A stretch of 64,000 bases of DNA, from NCBI GenBank assembly GCA_963675245.1, contig OY775910.1, positions 1,376,001-1,440,000 on the forward strand, in the 5' to 3' direction. Below the pieces are notes generated by a model that was not told the origin of the DNA, searched no databases, and saw nothing but the letters and a program-made list of their open reading frames with translations. The stretch comes from Acholeplasmataceae bacterium. Its GTDB lineage: Bacteria; Bacillota_I; Bacilli_A; Acholeplasmatales; Acholeplasmataceae. How positions within the stretch are numbered: position 1 is the first letter of the stretch; each line of letters opens with the position of its first letter. The position numbers and the translations under genes were made by a program. Of the stretch, positions 20,204 to 29,215 are shown piece by piece.

Positions 20204-21630
20204 TGCCATATATATTTGAAATCAGCCCAGCTATACAGATCTTAATTTCTGTCGGAATTGTTGTTATTCTTGGCATACTCATTTATTTTCTCGCAATGTC
20301 GTTCTTCAAGGAAAGACAACGTTTAAAAGATGAAAAGTCACTAACAATTGAAGGTATTTTGACTAAAACTGAAATGATTTCGTTAATTTCCAGTTTAATC
20401 TCTAGAGCATCTGGAGATATGCAGTTTTCACTTATTTATATCGATTTAGATAAATTTACGGATTACGAAAATGCATTTGGTAATATCGAATCTGAACGAA
20501 TCATCGAACGTATTGTAAGAAATATCGAAGCAGTCATCCCAAGAAACATTAAAATTGCGCGTATGCAAAAAGATGAACTCATTTTAACGTTGCCTTATGA
20601 GTATGATCGAACTGAATCTATGGAAATCGCAAATAAGATTAAAAAAGCGATCGCTAAACAGATTAGATTGTTTGGCGATACGACGATTAACGCGACAGCC
20701 TCAATCGCAGTTGCTTTCTATCCTGCACATGGTTCACAAGTTAAAGAATTGCTTAATTCACTACAAATAGCAACATATATCATTAAGAAAAATGGTGGAG
20801 ATGCCGTTCGTATCTACTCAGAAGAAATGAGCAGTGAAGAAGGTGAGCATGTTGAGTATTATTATCAGATTAAGCATGCCATTCAACATAAAGAATTCCA
20901 ATTGTTTTATCACCCTATTATTGATGTTGAACATCAAACGATTTATGGTGCAGAAGCACTTATTCGTTGGAACCACCCAGAACACGGTTTACTTTCACCA
21001 TTTAAATTCTTAGGTATCATGGAACAATCAGGTGATATTCACTGGATTGGTTTGTGGGGATTAGAAACCATCATTAAAACTTATCAAGAAATTTCTCAGA
21101 TGTTTCCAACGATTGATTTCAGAGTCACAATGAACTTATCACCGAAACAGTTGATGAGTGATACGATTTTCCAGGATTTCCAAAAAATCTTAAAAAAATA
21201 TCGTATGAATGCAAAACACATTGTTTTAGAAATTGTTGAGTTTACATTGTTTGACCGGCAAGATGTCATTCGCAAAAACTTAAGTTTATTAAAACAGTTA
21301 GGCTTTTTAGTCGCGATTGATGGTTTTGGCTTAGATTTTAAAACATTAGAGAAGGTCGCTGCTCTAAATGTAGATATCATTAAACTTGATTCAGGATTCT
21401 TATCAGAAGAAGAAGATTTCATGAGAAGTAAATTTGCAAATCTATTAGTTGATTTTGCTAAGAACAATAATTGTGATGTCGTTTGTGAACTTATTGAAAC
21501 AAAAGAACTCATGGAAGCCGCTAAAGGGTATGGCATTCATTTGTTGCAAGGGTACTATTTTAGTCAACCTGTATCTGCAGAAGCATTACGTGGTTATATT
21601 GGCGTATCTTCATGGGATCAAAAATTATAA
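20200..21630 (+). CDS. single-TM GGDEF-EAL protein, both domains degenerate (possible c-di-GMP receptor)
   Basis: GGDEF site reads QKDEL; AEALIRW retained but DDFGTGYSS replaced by DGFGLDFKT and AEGVE by CELIE. Confidence 0.8.
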   Translation: MMPYIFEISPAIQILISVGIVVILGILIYFLAMSFFKERQRLKDEKSLTIEGILTKTEMISLISSLISRASGDMQFSLIYIDLDKFTDYENAFGNIESERIIERIVRNIEAVIPRNIKIARMQKDELILTLPYEYDRTESMEIANKIKKAIAKQIRLFGDTTINATASIAVAFYPAHGSQVKELLNSLQIATYIIKKNGGDAVRIYSEEMSSEEGEHVEYYYQIKHAIQHKEFQLFYHPIIDVEHQTIYGAEALIRWNHPEHGLLSPFKFLGIMEQSGDIHWIGLWGLETIIKTYQEISQMFPTIDFRVTMNLSPKQLMSDTIFQDFQKILKKYRMNAKHIVLEIVEFTLFDRQDVIRKNLSLLKQLGFLVAIDGFGLDFKTLEKVAALNVDIIKLDSGFLSEEEDFMRSKFANLLVDFAKNNNCDVVCELIETKELMEAAKGYGIHLLQGYYFSQPVSAEALRGYIGVSSWDQKL

Positions 21631-21660
21631 GAAAGACGGTTTATTGAGCCGTTTTTCTTT
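21631..21660 (+). terminator. intrinsic terminator after the GGDEF-EAL pair
   Basis: GAAAGACGGTTT / GAGCCGTTTTTC stem with T-rich tail. Confidence 0.7.
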
Positions 21661-21777
21661 ACTGAATCATAAAAAAATCATGATTTTGAACTATTCTTTA
21701 CAAAACTCATATAAATGTTCAAAAAAGCCATCTATATATAGATGGTAAAAAAATATGGGAAAATGTGTAGAAAAGTA

Positions 21778-21806
21778 TTGACAATTTGTGAAAACGGTAT
21801 TAAAAT
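21778..21806 (+). promoter_or_regulatory. sigma70/sigA promoter of the SipW-type operon
   Basis: TTGACA (21778-21783), 17-nt spacer, TAAAAT (21801-21806), directly upstream of riboswitch 1. Confidence 0.85.
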
Positions 21807-21814
21807 CATGTTAC

Positions 21815-21924
21815 AAGTTGAAAAAGGCAAAGCTGAAGGAATTCAGTGACGCAAAGCTAAAGGGCCTAGATCAGGTAGCCAGTTACCATTTGTTAAGACA
21901 AAGTGGTGCTGGTATTTTTATTTT
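21815..21924 (+). ncRNA. c-di-GMP-I (GEMM) riboswitch 1 with terminator, G20 type
   Basis: GGCAAAGCTGAA-GGAA-TTCAGTGACGCAAAGCTAAAGGGCCTAGATCAGGTAGCCAGTTACC; 3' part forms a terminator with TGGTGCTGG + T-tract. Confidence 0.92.
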
Positions 21925-21932
21925 CCAGAATC

Positions 21933-22033
21933 TGATATGTTAAAAGCAAAGCTGAAGGAACTCAGTGACGCAAAGCTAAAGGGCCTAGAACAGGTAGCCA
22001 GTTGCCATCAAGATTGATGACTGCTGGCTTTTT
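21933..22033 (+). ncRNA. c-di-GMP-I (GEMM) riboswitch 2 with terminator, A20 type
   Basis: AGCAAAGCTGAAGGAACTCAGTGACGCAAAGCTAAAGGGCCTAGAACAGGTAGCCAGTTGCC; terminator AGCCAGTTGCCATCA / TGATGACTGCTGGCT + TTTT. Confidence 0.92.
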
Positions 22034-22068
22034 CTGTAAAATAAAAAAATATAATTTATAGATTTTTA

Positions 22069-22170
22069 AAATGTAAAAAGCAAAGCTGTGGGGAACCCAG
22101 TGACGCAAAGCTATAGGGCCTAGTAAGGTAGCCAGTTGCCATCGACTATTTGATGACGGCTGGCTTTGTT
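22069..22170 (+). ncRNA. c-di-GMP-I (GEMM) riboswitch 3 with terminator, A20 type
   Basis: AGCAAAGCTGTGGGGAACCCAGTGACGCAAAGCTATAGGGCCTAGTAAGGTAGCCAGTTGCC; stem with TGATGACGGCTGGCT + TTGTT. Confidence 0.9.
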
Positions 22171-22188
22171 GTCGTAAGGAGTGATCCG

Positions 22189-22911
22189 ATGCATAGACTT
22201 TCAACCGTTACAGCGGCGAAAAAGATAAAAACTAGAAATCGCATATTTTCAATCGGTATCATTGTTAGTGGTATTTTATCAATCGTTCTAGGTGTTGTTA
22301 CATTCTATGGTCAACAAACAGGGAATTTCGTGATGAATGTCGATTATGATGCCTTCAATAGAGGAATAGTCATTGCTGATAATAGAACAATGGAAGACGC
22401 TGGGCCACAATTAATTAGTGAATCTATCACAGATGCAAAAGATGTGACGTATAGATGGTTAGATATTTCAAGTGCAAGTGAAACTGATGGTAATTTCTTT
22501 GATCCAGACCTTACATATATGGCGTATACATTCTATTTACAAAATGTGGGGTCAGAAGTTGTTGACATCACATATTCTATGAGAATTACTGATGTTTATA
22601 AAGGTTTAGATGAAGCAGTCAGAATTTTAATTATAGACGACGGCGTAGAAACACTTTATCAAAAAAGAGATGAAGCAGATGAATTTGGTGAACTTCCGAC
22701 TTATCCATTATCGATGCCTCCTGCATTAATGTTCCTAGATGATGATACAGTTGTCAGGAGGACAATATTAGGATTTGTACCAAATGAAATAAGAAAATTC
22801 ACAATAATGGTTTGGTTAGAAGGCGAAGATCCTGATACAAACGACGAAGTCTTAGGTGGACTCATTAAATTCAGATTGACATTCTCCATTGAGGAGGACG
22901 TAATCGCATGA
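22189..22911 (+). CDS. membrane-anchored extracellular protein related to the downstream SipW-cognate proteins
   Basis: Start moved to ATG 22189 (AAGGAG RBS; the longer ORF overlaps the terminator); one N-terminal TM; C-terminal VWLEGEDPD motif shared with neighbours. Confidence 0.75.
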   Translation: MHRLSTVTAAKKIKTRNRIFSIGIIVSGILSIVLGVVTFYGQQTGNFVMNVDYDAFNRGIVIADNRTMEDAGPQLISESITDAKDVTYRWLDISSASETDGNFFDPDLTYMAYTFYLQNVGSEVVDITYSMRITDVYKGLDEAVRILIIDDGVETLYQKRDEADEFGELPTYPLSMPPALMFLDDDTVVRRTILGFVPNEIRKFTIMVWLEGEDPDTNDEVLGGLIKFRLTFSIEEDVIA

Positions 22912-23885
22912 GACCAATTAACAGATTAAGATACTCCATATTACTTATGATTATCATGCTAATGGCACTAGGAACAGTGACATATGCATGGATAAGCTTA
23001 TCAACAATCAATAATATTGAAGGATTATCACTTAGTGCTACCTCTGGAGAAGAATTAGAAATTTCAATTGACGGTATTAATTATTACAACAATCTTAATA
23101 CTGATGAATTGTTGGATTTATTTGAAAATATTGTATTGACAGATGTCACAAGCAGAGATGGTATTAATTTTCAATCAGGTGGATTGAGAACTGGTCAAAA
23201 CATATATGCAAACGAAGATTATTTATCATTTGATTTGTACTTCAGAACAGTTTATGATGAACATCATGTCTATTTAATTAACAATGTAAGTGAACAAGTG
23301 AGTTATGATGTTTCAGCAAGAGGAACCTATGTAGTTTCAAATGGTATGGATTGGGTTAATCGTGTAGGATTCTTAAATGGTCCTGATCCAACAGATTATA
23401 TTGAGTCTGGTACACAAGCAAGATATTATGCAAGTGATACCATCAGAATGAGTTTCATTGAGCAACATGATGAAACGAATCCACTAGATACAAGAGATGT
23501 AAGTGAGTTAAGTCGTTGGATATTTGATCCATCGGGTGATGAAATGAGGGGTTATGGCAAGAGTTATGGTGCATATAGTTATTACATTCAAGTAACAAAT
23601 AACTATATCACTATTCCAAATGTCATACCAGAAGTAATATATGATTTAACAGAAACAGATCCAGAAAACCCATATATTACACATGATACTAATTCCTTAG
23701 TAACTATACTTCAAGCGTCAAATGAAACGAACGAAGAAGGTGAAGTTTACTACAAAGGTAAAATCACAGTTAACATTTGGGTTGAAGGATGGGATGCAGA
23801 CGCGTTCGATGCTGTAGATAAAGATCGTGTAAAAATCCAATTGCAATTCAAATCAACAAGATATATTCCAGATGATCAATCTTAA
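22908..23885 (+). CDS. SipW-cognate signal peptide protein (TasA/CalY-like candidate filament subunit)
   Basis: Signal peptide ending GTVTYA^WI; C-terminal IWVEGWD. Confidence 0.72.
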   Translation: MRPINRLRYSILLMIIMLMALGTVTYAWISLSTINNIEGLSLSATSGEELEISIDGINYYNNLNTDELLDLFENIVLTDVTSRDGINFQSGGLRTGQNIYANEDYLSFDLYFRTVYDEHHVYLINNVSEQVSYDVSARGTYVVSNGMDWVNRVGFLNGPDPTDYIESGTQARYYASDTIRMSFIEQHDETNPLDTRDVSELSRWIFDPSGDEMRGYGKSYGAYSYYIQVTNNYITIPNVIPEVIYDLTETDPENPYITHDTNSLVTILQASNETNEEGEVYYKGKITVNIWVEGWDADAFDAVDKDRVKIQLQFKSTRYIPDDQS

Positions 23886-23947
23886 GGATTAACTTAACGA
23901 GAGTTAATTAAAATAAAAAAGAAAACAAGTTTAAGGAGACTAGAAAA

Positions 23948-24916
23948 ATGAGTAAAATTACAAGAAAGCTCGTATTATCACTTTTAACGGTTGTGTTAAC
24001 AGTCGTCGCACTGGGAACATCAACATTTGCGTGGTTCACAGTTACAAACCAAGCGTCAGTTCAAGAATTCCAAGCGAATATCGCTGCTGATTCTGGGATT
24101 GAAATTGCATTACCACAATTTGGAGAAGCAGATCCTCTTAATTGGGGATGGAAATCGTATCTTGATGCAACAGATATCGCAACATATATTTCAGATTACA
24201 TCAATTCAAGTTTCACATTTGATCATTTGTCATCAGAAAATGGTGTTGCCTTTACAAACATCGATGGTAATAGTACAACAACTGGTTTTTTAAATATTCC
24301 TGTATACTTCAGATCAGACAATATTTCAGCTATCAATTTAAATGCATTAACTTTACGTGCAGATGATGTACCAGCTTGGCGTACAACAGTTGGATTTACG
24401 AATGAACATGGTACTGCTATATCAGCAAATGGCACATTTGCAGTCAATGCTGCAGATGCATTTAGAATTTCACTTACTGATGTTACTGGTTCGAATGGTA
24501 CTTCAATCTTTGAATTAGAAGGTACTGCTACTAATGTCGTATTAGGAGAAATTGCAGGATTAGACATTCTTGATGTAGCTAACACAAATCCAACAACATC
24601 AGAACCATATACTTATGGTGCGATTGAATATTACTATGCTGCAAATAGCGCATATCCATCTGATGGTGATGGCGATGGCAGTGTTTTGGTTAATATTCCA
24701 GATACAACATTAATTCCTGAATATGCATCACCAGCTACACCGCTTGTATCACCAATGACAGTGCTTGGTTTAATTGCAGATGCTGGTTCAGTTTATGGTA
24801 AAGCTAATTACGGTCTATTAAGAATTCGTGTTTGGTTTGAAGGTTGGGACCAAAATGCATACAATTCATTATTAGGTGAAACAATTTTCACATCATTCAG
24901 TTTTGAAGCTGCTTAA
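23948..24916 (+). CDS. SipW-cognate signal peptide protein, candidate major subunit
   Basis: GTSTFA^WFT; C-terminal VWFEGWD; AAGGAG RBS with A-rich leader; followed by a strong hairpin. Confidence 0.75.
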   Translation: MSKITRKLVLSLLTVVLTVVALGTSTFAWFTVTNQASVQEFQANIAADSGIEIALPQFGEADPLNWGWKSYLDATDIATYISDYINSSFTFDHLSSENGVAFTNIDGNSTTTGFLNIPVYFRSDNISAINLNALTLRADDVPAWRTTVGFTNEHGTAISANGTFAVNAADAFRISLTDVTGSNGTSIFELEGTATNVVLGEIAGLDILDVANTNPTTSEPYTYGAIEYYYAANSAYPSDGDGDGSVLVNIPDTTLIPEYASPATPLVSPMTVLGLIADAGSVYGKANYGLLRIRVWFEGWDQNAYNSLLGETIFTSFSFEAA

Positions 24917-25047
24917 TTCTAAAACATTTAGATTTATAGCTCAATTATACTTCTAGTCTGGTAAGTGTGGTAGACAGTGTTTTTAACCACACTTACCAAT
25001 CCTTCATGGATTAGTACTAGATCACGACTTAATTCAAGGAGTTACGT

Positions 25048-25746
25048 ATGAAACAAACAAAATGGAATGTTAAGCGAATTGTTAAAATTGGCTTAAATAC
25101 CATATTCTATGGTGTAATTGTATTTTTGATGTTGTTCTCAGTTGCTAATATGAGACTTAGAAGTGAAAACAATATCGCAAATATATTTGGTGTTGGCTTA
25201 CTATCTGTACAAACAGATTCCATGACAGGAACATTTGATCCTGGTGACATGCTATTTGTAAGTATGCTTGATGAATCAGACTTTGAAGATCTTGAAGTTG
25301 GGGATATAGTAACCTATTTTGATGTTCAATTAGGTGCTTTTAACACACACAGAATTGTTGAAATTAATCTTGATGAACAATTTTTAACAACAAAAGCTGA
25401 TTATGCAGGTGGAAATGGTTCCGTAGCTGTACCGGATCAACCAGTTGCCTTTGATCGTGTTATTGCAAGATATGATGGTCAAATGATTGCAGGATTGGGA
25501 TCAGGACTTGATTATATGCAAACATCAGTTGGATTCGCCTTATTTGTTATTCTTCCTGTATTGATCGTGTTGATCATCGAGGGTGTTATTTTAGCAAGAC
25601 ATATCATGGCTATGAACCGTGAAAAGTTGGAGCAAAAATATGCGGAAGAACGTTTACAGGTTGCGCAAAGTTTAGAATCAGAACGTGAAAAACTTCGTGC
25701 TGAAATATTGGCTGAAATGACGAGAGAAAAGGCATTACACGCATAA
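25048..25746 (+). CDS. sipW: signal peptidase I, SipW/S26B type
   Basis: VQTDSM (Ser), PGD, GDIVTY, THRIV (His), TKAD; N- and C-terminal TMs plus charged tail. Confidence 0.85.
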   Translation: MKQTKWNVKRIVKIGLNTIFYGVIVFLMLFSVANMRLRSENNIANIFGVGLLSVQTDSMTGTFDPGDMLFVSMLDESDFEDLEVGDIVTYFDVQLGAFNTHRIVEINLDEQFLTTKADYAGGNGSVAVPDQPVAFDRVIARYDGQMIAGLGSGLDYMQTSVGFALFVILPVLIVLIIEGVILARHIMAMNREKLEQKYAEERLQVAQSLESEREKLRAEILAEMTREKALHA

Positions 25747-25782
25747 AATTAACATATTAATGATACTCACAGGAGTTATATT

Positions 25783-27321
25783 ATGGTAGAGTTCGCTCGT
25801 TACTATATTGACCTGTTACGAAACTTTTTCATTAATGTCGGTGAATTTTTTGGAGCTATATTTCAAGCATTTGCCGATTTCTTTGTTCGTAGTGTAGGTG
25901 AATATTTTAATAGTTTTGTTATAGCAACAGCTCAATTTGGACTACTTGACTGGGTAATGGCATTTGTCGTTATTGTGATCAATTTAGTCTTTTTGGTGTT
26001 CTTGGTTTTAAAACTCTATCAGTGGCTTTCTAAATACGCGCGCTTCGTCGGGCGCGAGATTGAAAAAGACGAACTACTTGAAGAAATTGCGTTCTTAAAC
26101 CAAAAGACAGTTGAACTAGTTGATGAACGTAATAAAATCTTAGCACTTAAGGTTTCAAACTTGGGGTTAAGTCCTGAAGAAGAAATCAAAGCAGAAGAAA
26201 AAATCTTGGAAGAAGAAATTAAAGATCAAGGTCCTTCTCGATTTGTTAAACTCATTGCAGTTGACAAAGAATACGAAAATCGCGTGACACAAATTCACAT
26301 GCGAGAAGAAGACATGTTGAATTTGAACGAAATCGTGACAAGATTCATTAACTTTTCAGCAAATAAGCTTGGTTTATTCTACAATAGAAAAATAATTTCT
26401 GCATTCTTTGCTGGTATGGCATCTTCTAAAACAATGATTTTAGAAGGGATATCGGGTACTGGTAAAACATCACTACCATATGCCATGGGTAAATTTTTTA
26501 ATAACGATGCACATATCATTGCCGTTCAACCTTCTTGGAGAGATAGAGCTGAAATGATGGGTTATCTAAATGAGTTTACGAAGCGATTCAATGAAACAGA
26601 ATTCTTAGAAGCGATATATGAAACGACTTATCACAACGATATCAACATCATCGTTCTAGATGAAATGAACTTAGCACGTGTTGAATATTATTTTGCAGAA
26701 TTCTTATCACTACTTGAAATGCCAGATGTCGATAAATGGCTTGTTGATATTGTTCCTGATGAGCAACCTTCAGATCCTGTACATTTACATCGAGGCAAAA
26801 TGCTACTTCCACAAAATGTGTGGTTTATTGGTACAGCCAATAAAGATGATTCAACATTTACAATTACGGATAAAGTATATGACCGTGCCACATCTATTGT
26901 TATCAACACAAAAGCAGATTTCATTGATGCACCTGAAACAGATAGTATCACACTAAGTCATGACTATTTACAAGAGTTATTTAGATCCGCAATGGATGAA
27001 CATCAACTTACCTTAAAGGCATTAAAAAATCTTGAAAAACTTGATAGCTATGTTACAGTAAATTTTAAAGTCACATTCGGTAATCGTATCATGAAACAAA
27101 TCAGAGCATTCGTTCCTGTATTTGTTGCATGTGGTGGCTCTGAAAATGATGCATTAGATTACATGGTTGCAAACAAAATATTTAGAAAATTTGAAGGATT
27201 AAATTTACCGTTCTTGCAAAAAGAAATCACTGAATTATCAACATTGCTTGATCGCTTATTTGGTAAAAACTCTTTCCCAGAGTGTCAAGCATATCTTGAT
27301 TCGATAAAGAAAACATTCTAA
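25783..27321 (+). CDS. membrane-anchored McrB-family AAA+ NTPase
   Basis: N-terminal hydrophobic helices, coiled coil, Walker A GISGTGKT, VQPSW, Walker B IIVLDEMNLARVEYYF, GTANKDD (NxxD), KVYDRA, FGNR. Confidence 0.85.
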   Translation: MVEFARYYIDLLRNFFINVGEFFGAIFQAFADFFVRSVGEYFNSFVIATAQFGLLDWVMAFVVIVINLVFLVFLVLKLYQWLSKYARFVGREIEKDELLEEIAFLNQKTVELVDERNKILALKVSNLGLSPEEEIKAEEKILEEEIKDQGPSRFVKLIAVDKEYENRVTQIHMREEDMLNLNEIVTRFINFSANKLGLFYNRKIISAFFAGMASSKTMILEGISGTGKTSLPYAMGKFFNNDAHIIAVQPSWRDRAEMMGYLNEFTKRFNETEFLEAIYETTYHNDINIIVLDEMNLARVEYYFAEFLSLLEMPDVDKWLVDIVPDEQPSDPVHLHRGKMLLPQNVWFIGTANKDDSTFTITDKVYDRATSIVINTKADFIDAPETDSITLSHDYLQELFRSAMDEHQLTLKALKNLEKLDSYVTVNFKVTFGNRIMKQIRAFVPVFVACGGSENDALDYMVANKIFRKFEGLNLPFLQKEITELSTLLDRLFGKNSFPECQAYLDSIKKTF

Positions 27322-27338
27322 ATGACTAGGAGTAAGCA

Positions 27339-29192
27339 ATGAAACATCAACAAGAACTAAAAGAATTTCATCAAGCAATCACCGATGCTTACTATCAAAT
27401 CGAAATGGAACAGGTTTTTCCAAATCGTTTCTATGATGCATTTCTTGCTGGTGAGAATGAAATGTATCAAAAATCCATTACTGAGTTGAAGGCATTCCAT
27501 GTAGATTGGATACCTACGCTTGAGTCATATTTACCATCTTTGAATAAGATTATTATGAATCCTAAATCAGGATTAAGATATGAACAACCAGTTGTCGCAA
27601 TTGAAAAAGCAAAAAAAGTTAATGCGCAGTCAATCAGGCACTTATCCATGCATTCTCATCTTGTTAAGGAAGTTAGAGAAGACATGGTTATTCCTAAAAA
27701 AATTATGACGACTCAAGCTGAAATTGACTATGCCATTTATGAAAATCGTTTTATTAAAACATTGGTTGAACGCTTATTTGATTTTGTGTTTAGAAGATAC
27801 AATATTATTAAGGCGAATATTGATTCTTTCAATAAGAGACACTTTGATTTAAAAAGCAAATTTGATATGCAAGATACAGATATTGATTTGGATATTCATG
27901 TAACATTTACTGAACGAGCAGATGATGAAAATGCGATTGAAAAAAACAATGAAATGCTTAAACGTATCGAAGCTTTAATGAAACAAATCAATGGGTTTAT
28001 GTCTACAGCATTTTGGGCTGAAGTTAAAAATGCTAAAAATGTAACACCACCGATTATGCAAACATCTATTCTTTTAAAGAATATTGACTATAAAAATTGT
28101 TATACACTGTGGCTTTTTCTAGACCGATTTAGCAATCTTGATTTTGATAATGATGTTAAAGAAAAGAATCTAACATTTGATAATTACTATACAAAAAATG
28201 TATATCAAATTGCCTTACAAACTGTAGCGATGATATACGGTAATCAGTTAGCACTAGATGAACATTATCAGTATCTGAATGAAAAAGAGTACAAAAGAAG
28301 AAGTCCAAAAATTATCAATAAACGACTTGATGAATTACTGACACATGATCAAGTAATAGAAATGGAAGATTTTTCATTAAACGAGTATTTCTTAGAGCAA
28401 AGTAAAAAGCAATTTACTAAATTACTTGAAGAAAAACAAGAAGAATCATCTAATTATGATGTCGCCTTACGTCGAGCATTACGTGATACAATTCAAATTA
28501 CCAATTCATTATTTGAATCCTATTTTAATTTGAATGATCAACCCGAAGGCGAAGATTTCATGTTTAGGTCACTCGTCAAAGAGTCTACATACGATCAACT
28601 ACAAACCGCAAGACAGCGAACAAGAATCATGAAGATTATAAGAGAAACAAAAGAAGTAGACTATAACAATATGATGAGACTAGAAAAGCGATTATTAAAA
28701 GAAGTAGAGTATCTTAATAAACAGTATCTTGATGAAGAAAAATCAAATATTAAGATAGTCGCAAAACGAAAAGGTTTAGAAGAAAAATTAAAGATTGAAA
28801 GACGTAATGCAGCGAAAGATCAAGCAAGAGTAACTAGATATTTGAAATACGTTTCTGATCAACATAAAAAACTTGAAGAAAATCACAGAAAGACGACTGA
28901 AAAAATCAGAAAGACAAGAGAAAAGGTTAAACTTACAGAAAAACAAGTTATTGCAGCTGAAAAGAGAAAAGCAAAAGCGGCATATCAAGCAGAACTTAAG
29001 CGCATTAAGGAACAACATAAAGCTGATAAGAAGAGATTAGAGACTCAATTAGCAAAGCAGACACAAAGTGATAAAACAAGATTAGAACAACAATTGTCAA
29101 ATATCGAAAAGGCATCTAAAAAACGGATTGATAAAGAAATGAAAACAATTGAAAAACGATATCAAAAGAAATTAAATAAAGTCAAAACTTAG
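27339..29192 (+). CDS. DUF2357/McrC-N-like protein with long C-terminal coiled coil
   Basis: DYAIYENRFIKTL and NIDYKNCYTLW motifs, directly after the McrB-like gene; last ~200 aa are K/E/R/Q-rich helix; no clear PD-(D/E)xK seen. Confidence 0.65.
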   Translation: MKHQQELKEFHQAITDAYYQIEMEQVFPNRFYDAFLAGENEMYQKSITELKAFHVDWIPTLESYLPSLNKIIMNPKSGLRYEQPVVAIEKAKKVNAQSIRHLSMHSHLVKEVREDMVIPKKIMTTQAEIDYAIYENRFIKTLVERLFDFVFRRYNIIKANIDSFNKRHFDLKSKFDMQDTDIDLDIHVTFTERADDENAIEKNNEMLKRIEALMKQINGFMSTAFWAEVKNAKNVTPPIMQTSILLKNIDYKNCYTLWLFLDRFSNLDFDNDVKEKNLTFDNYYTKNVYQIALQTVAMIYGNQLALDEHYQYLNEKEYKRRSPKIINKRLDELLTHDQVIEMEDFSLNEYFLEQSKKQFTKLLEEKQEESSNYDVALRRALRDTIQITNSLFESYFNLNDQPEGEDFMFRSLVKESTYDQLQTARQRTRIMKIIRETKEVDYNNMMRLEKRLLKEVEYLNKQYLDEEKSNIKIVAKRKGLEEKLKIERRNAAKDQARVTRYLKYVSDQHKKLEENHRKTTEKIRKTREKVKLTEKQVIAAEKRKAKAAYQAELKRIKEQHKADKKRLETQLAKQTQSDKTRLEQQLSNIEKASKKRIDKEMKTIEKRYQKKLNKVKT

Positions 29193-29215
29193 TTTTATTT
29201 GAGGAGGATGAGACG

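Noticed and set aside
21826..22140. Three ~60-nt direct repeats with unique spacers resembling a mini CRISPR array
   Set aside because: Repeats are too long and degenerate, match the c-di-GMP-I consensus, each has a terminator, and no cas genes are present
22150..22188. N-terminal extension of the first operon gene in the ORF track
   Set aside because: Lies within riboswitch 3's terminator; the RBS supports ATG 22189
21962..22204. Minus-strand 80-aa ORF with repeated LGP(I/L)ALRH
   Set aside because: The peptide repeat is just the antisense reading of the duplicated riboswitches
25783..29192. Straightforward annotation as an McrBC restriction system
   Set aside because: No DNA-recognition domain or nuclease motif visible, TM anchor present, and context is a surface-protein operon; kept only as an alternative hypothesis
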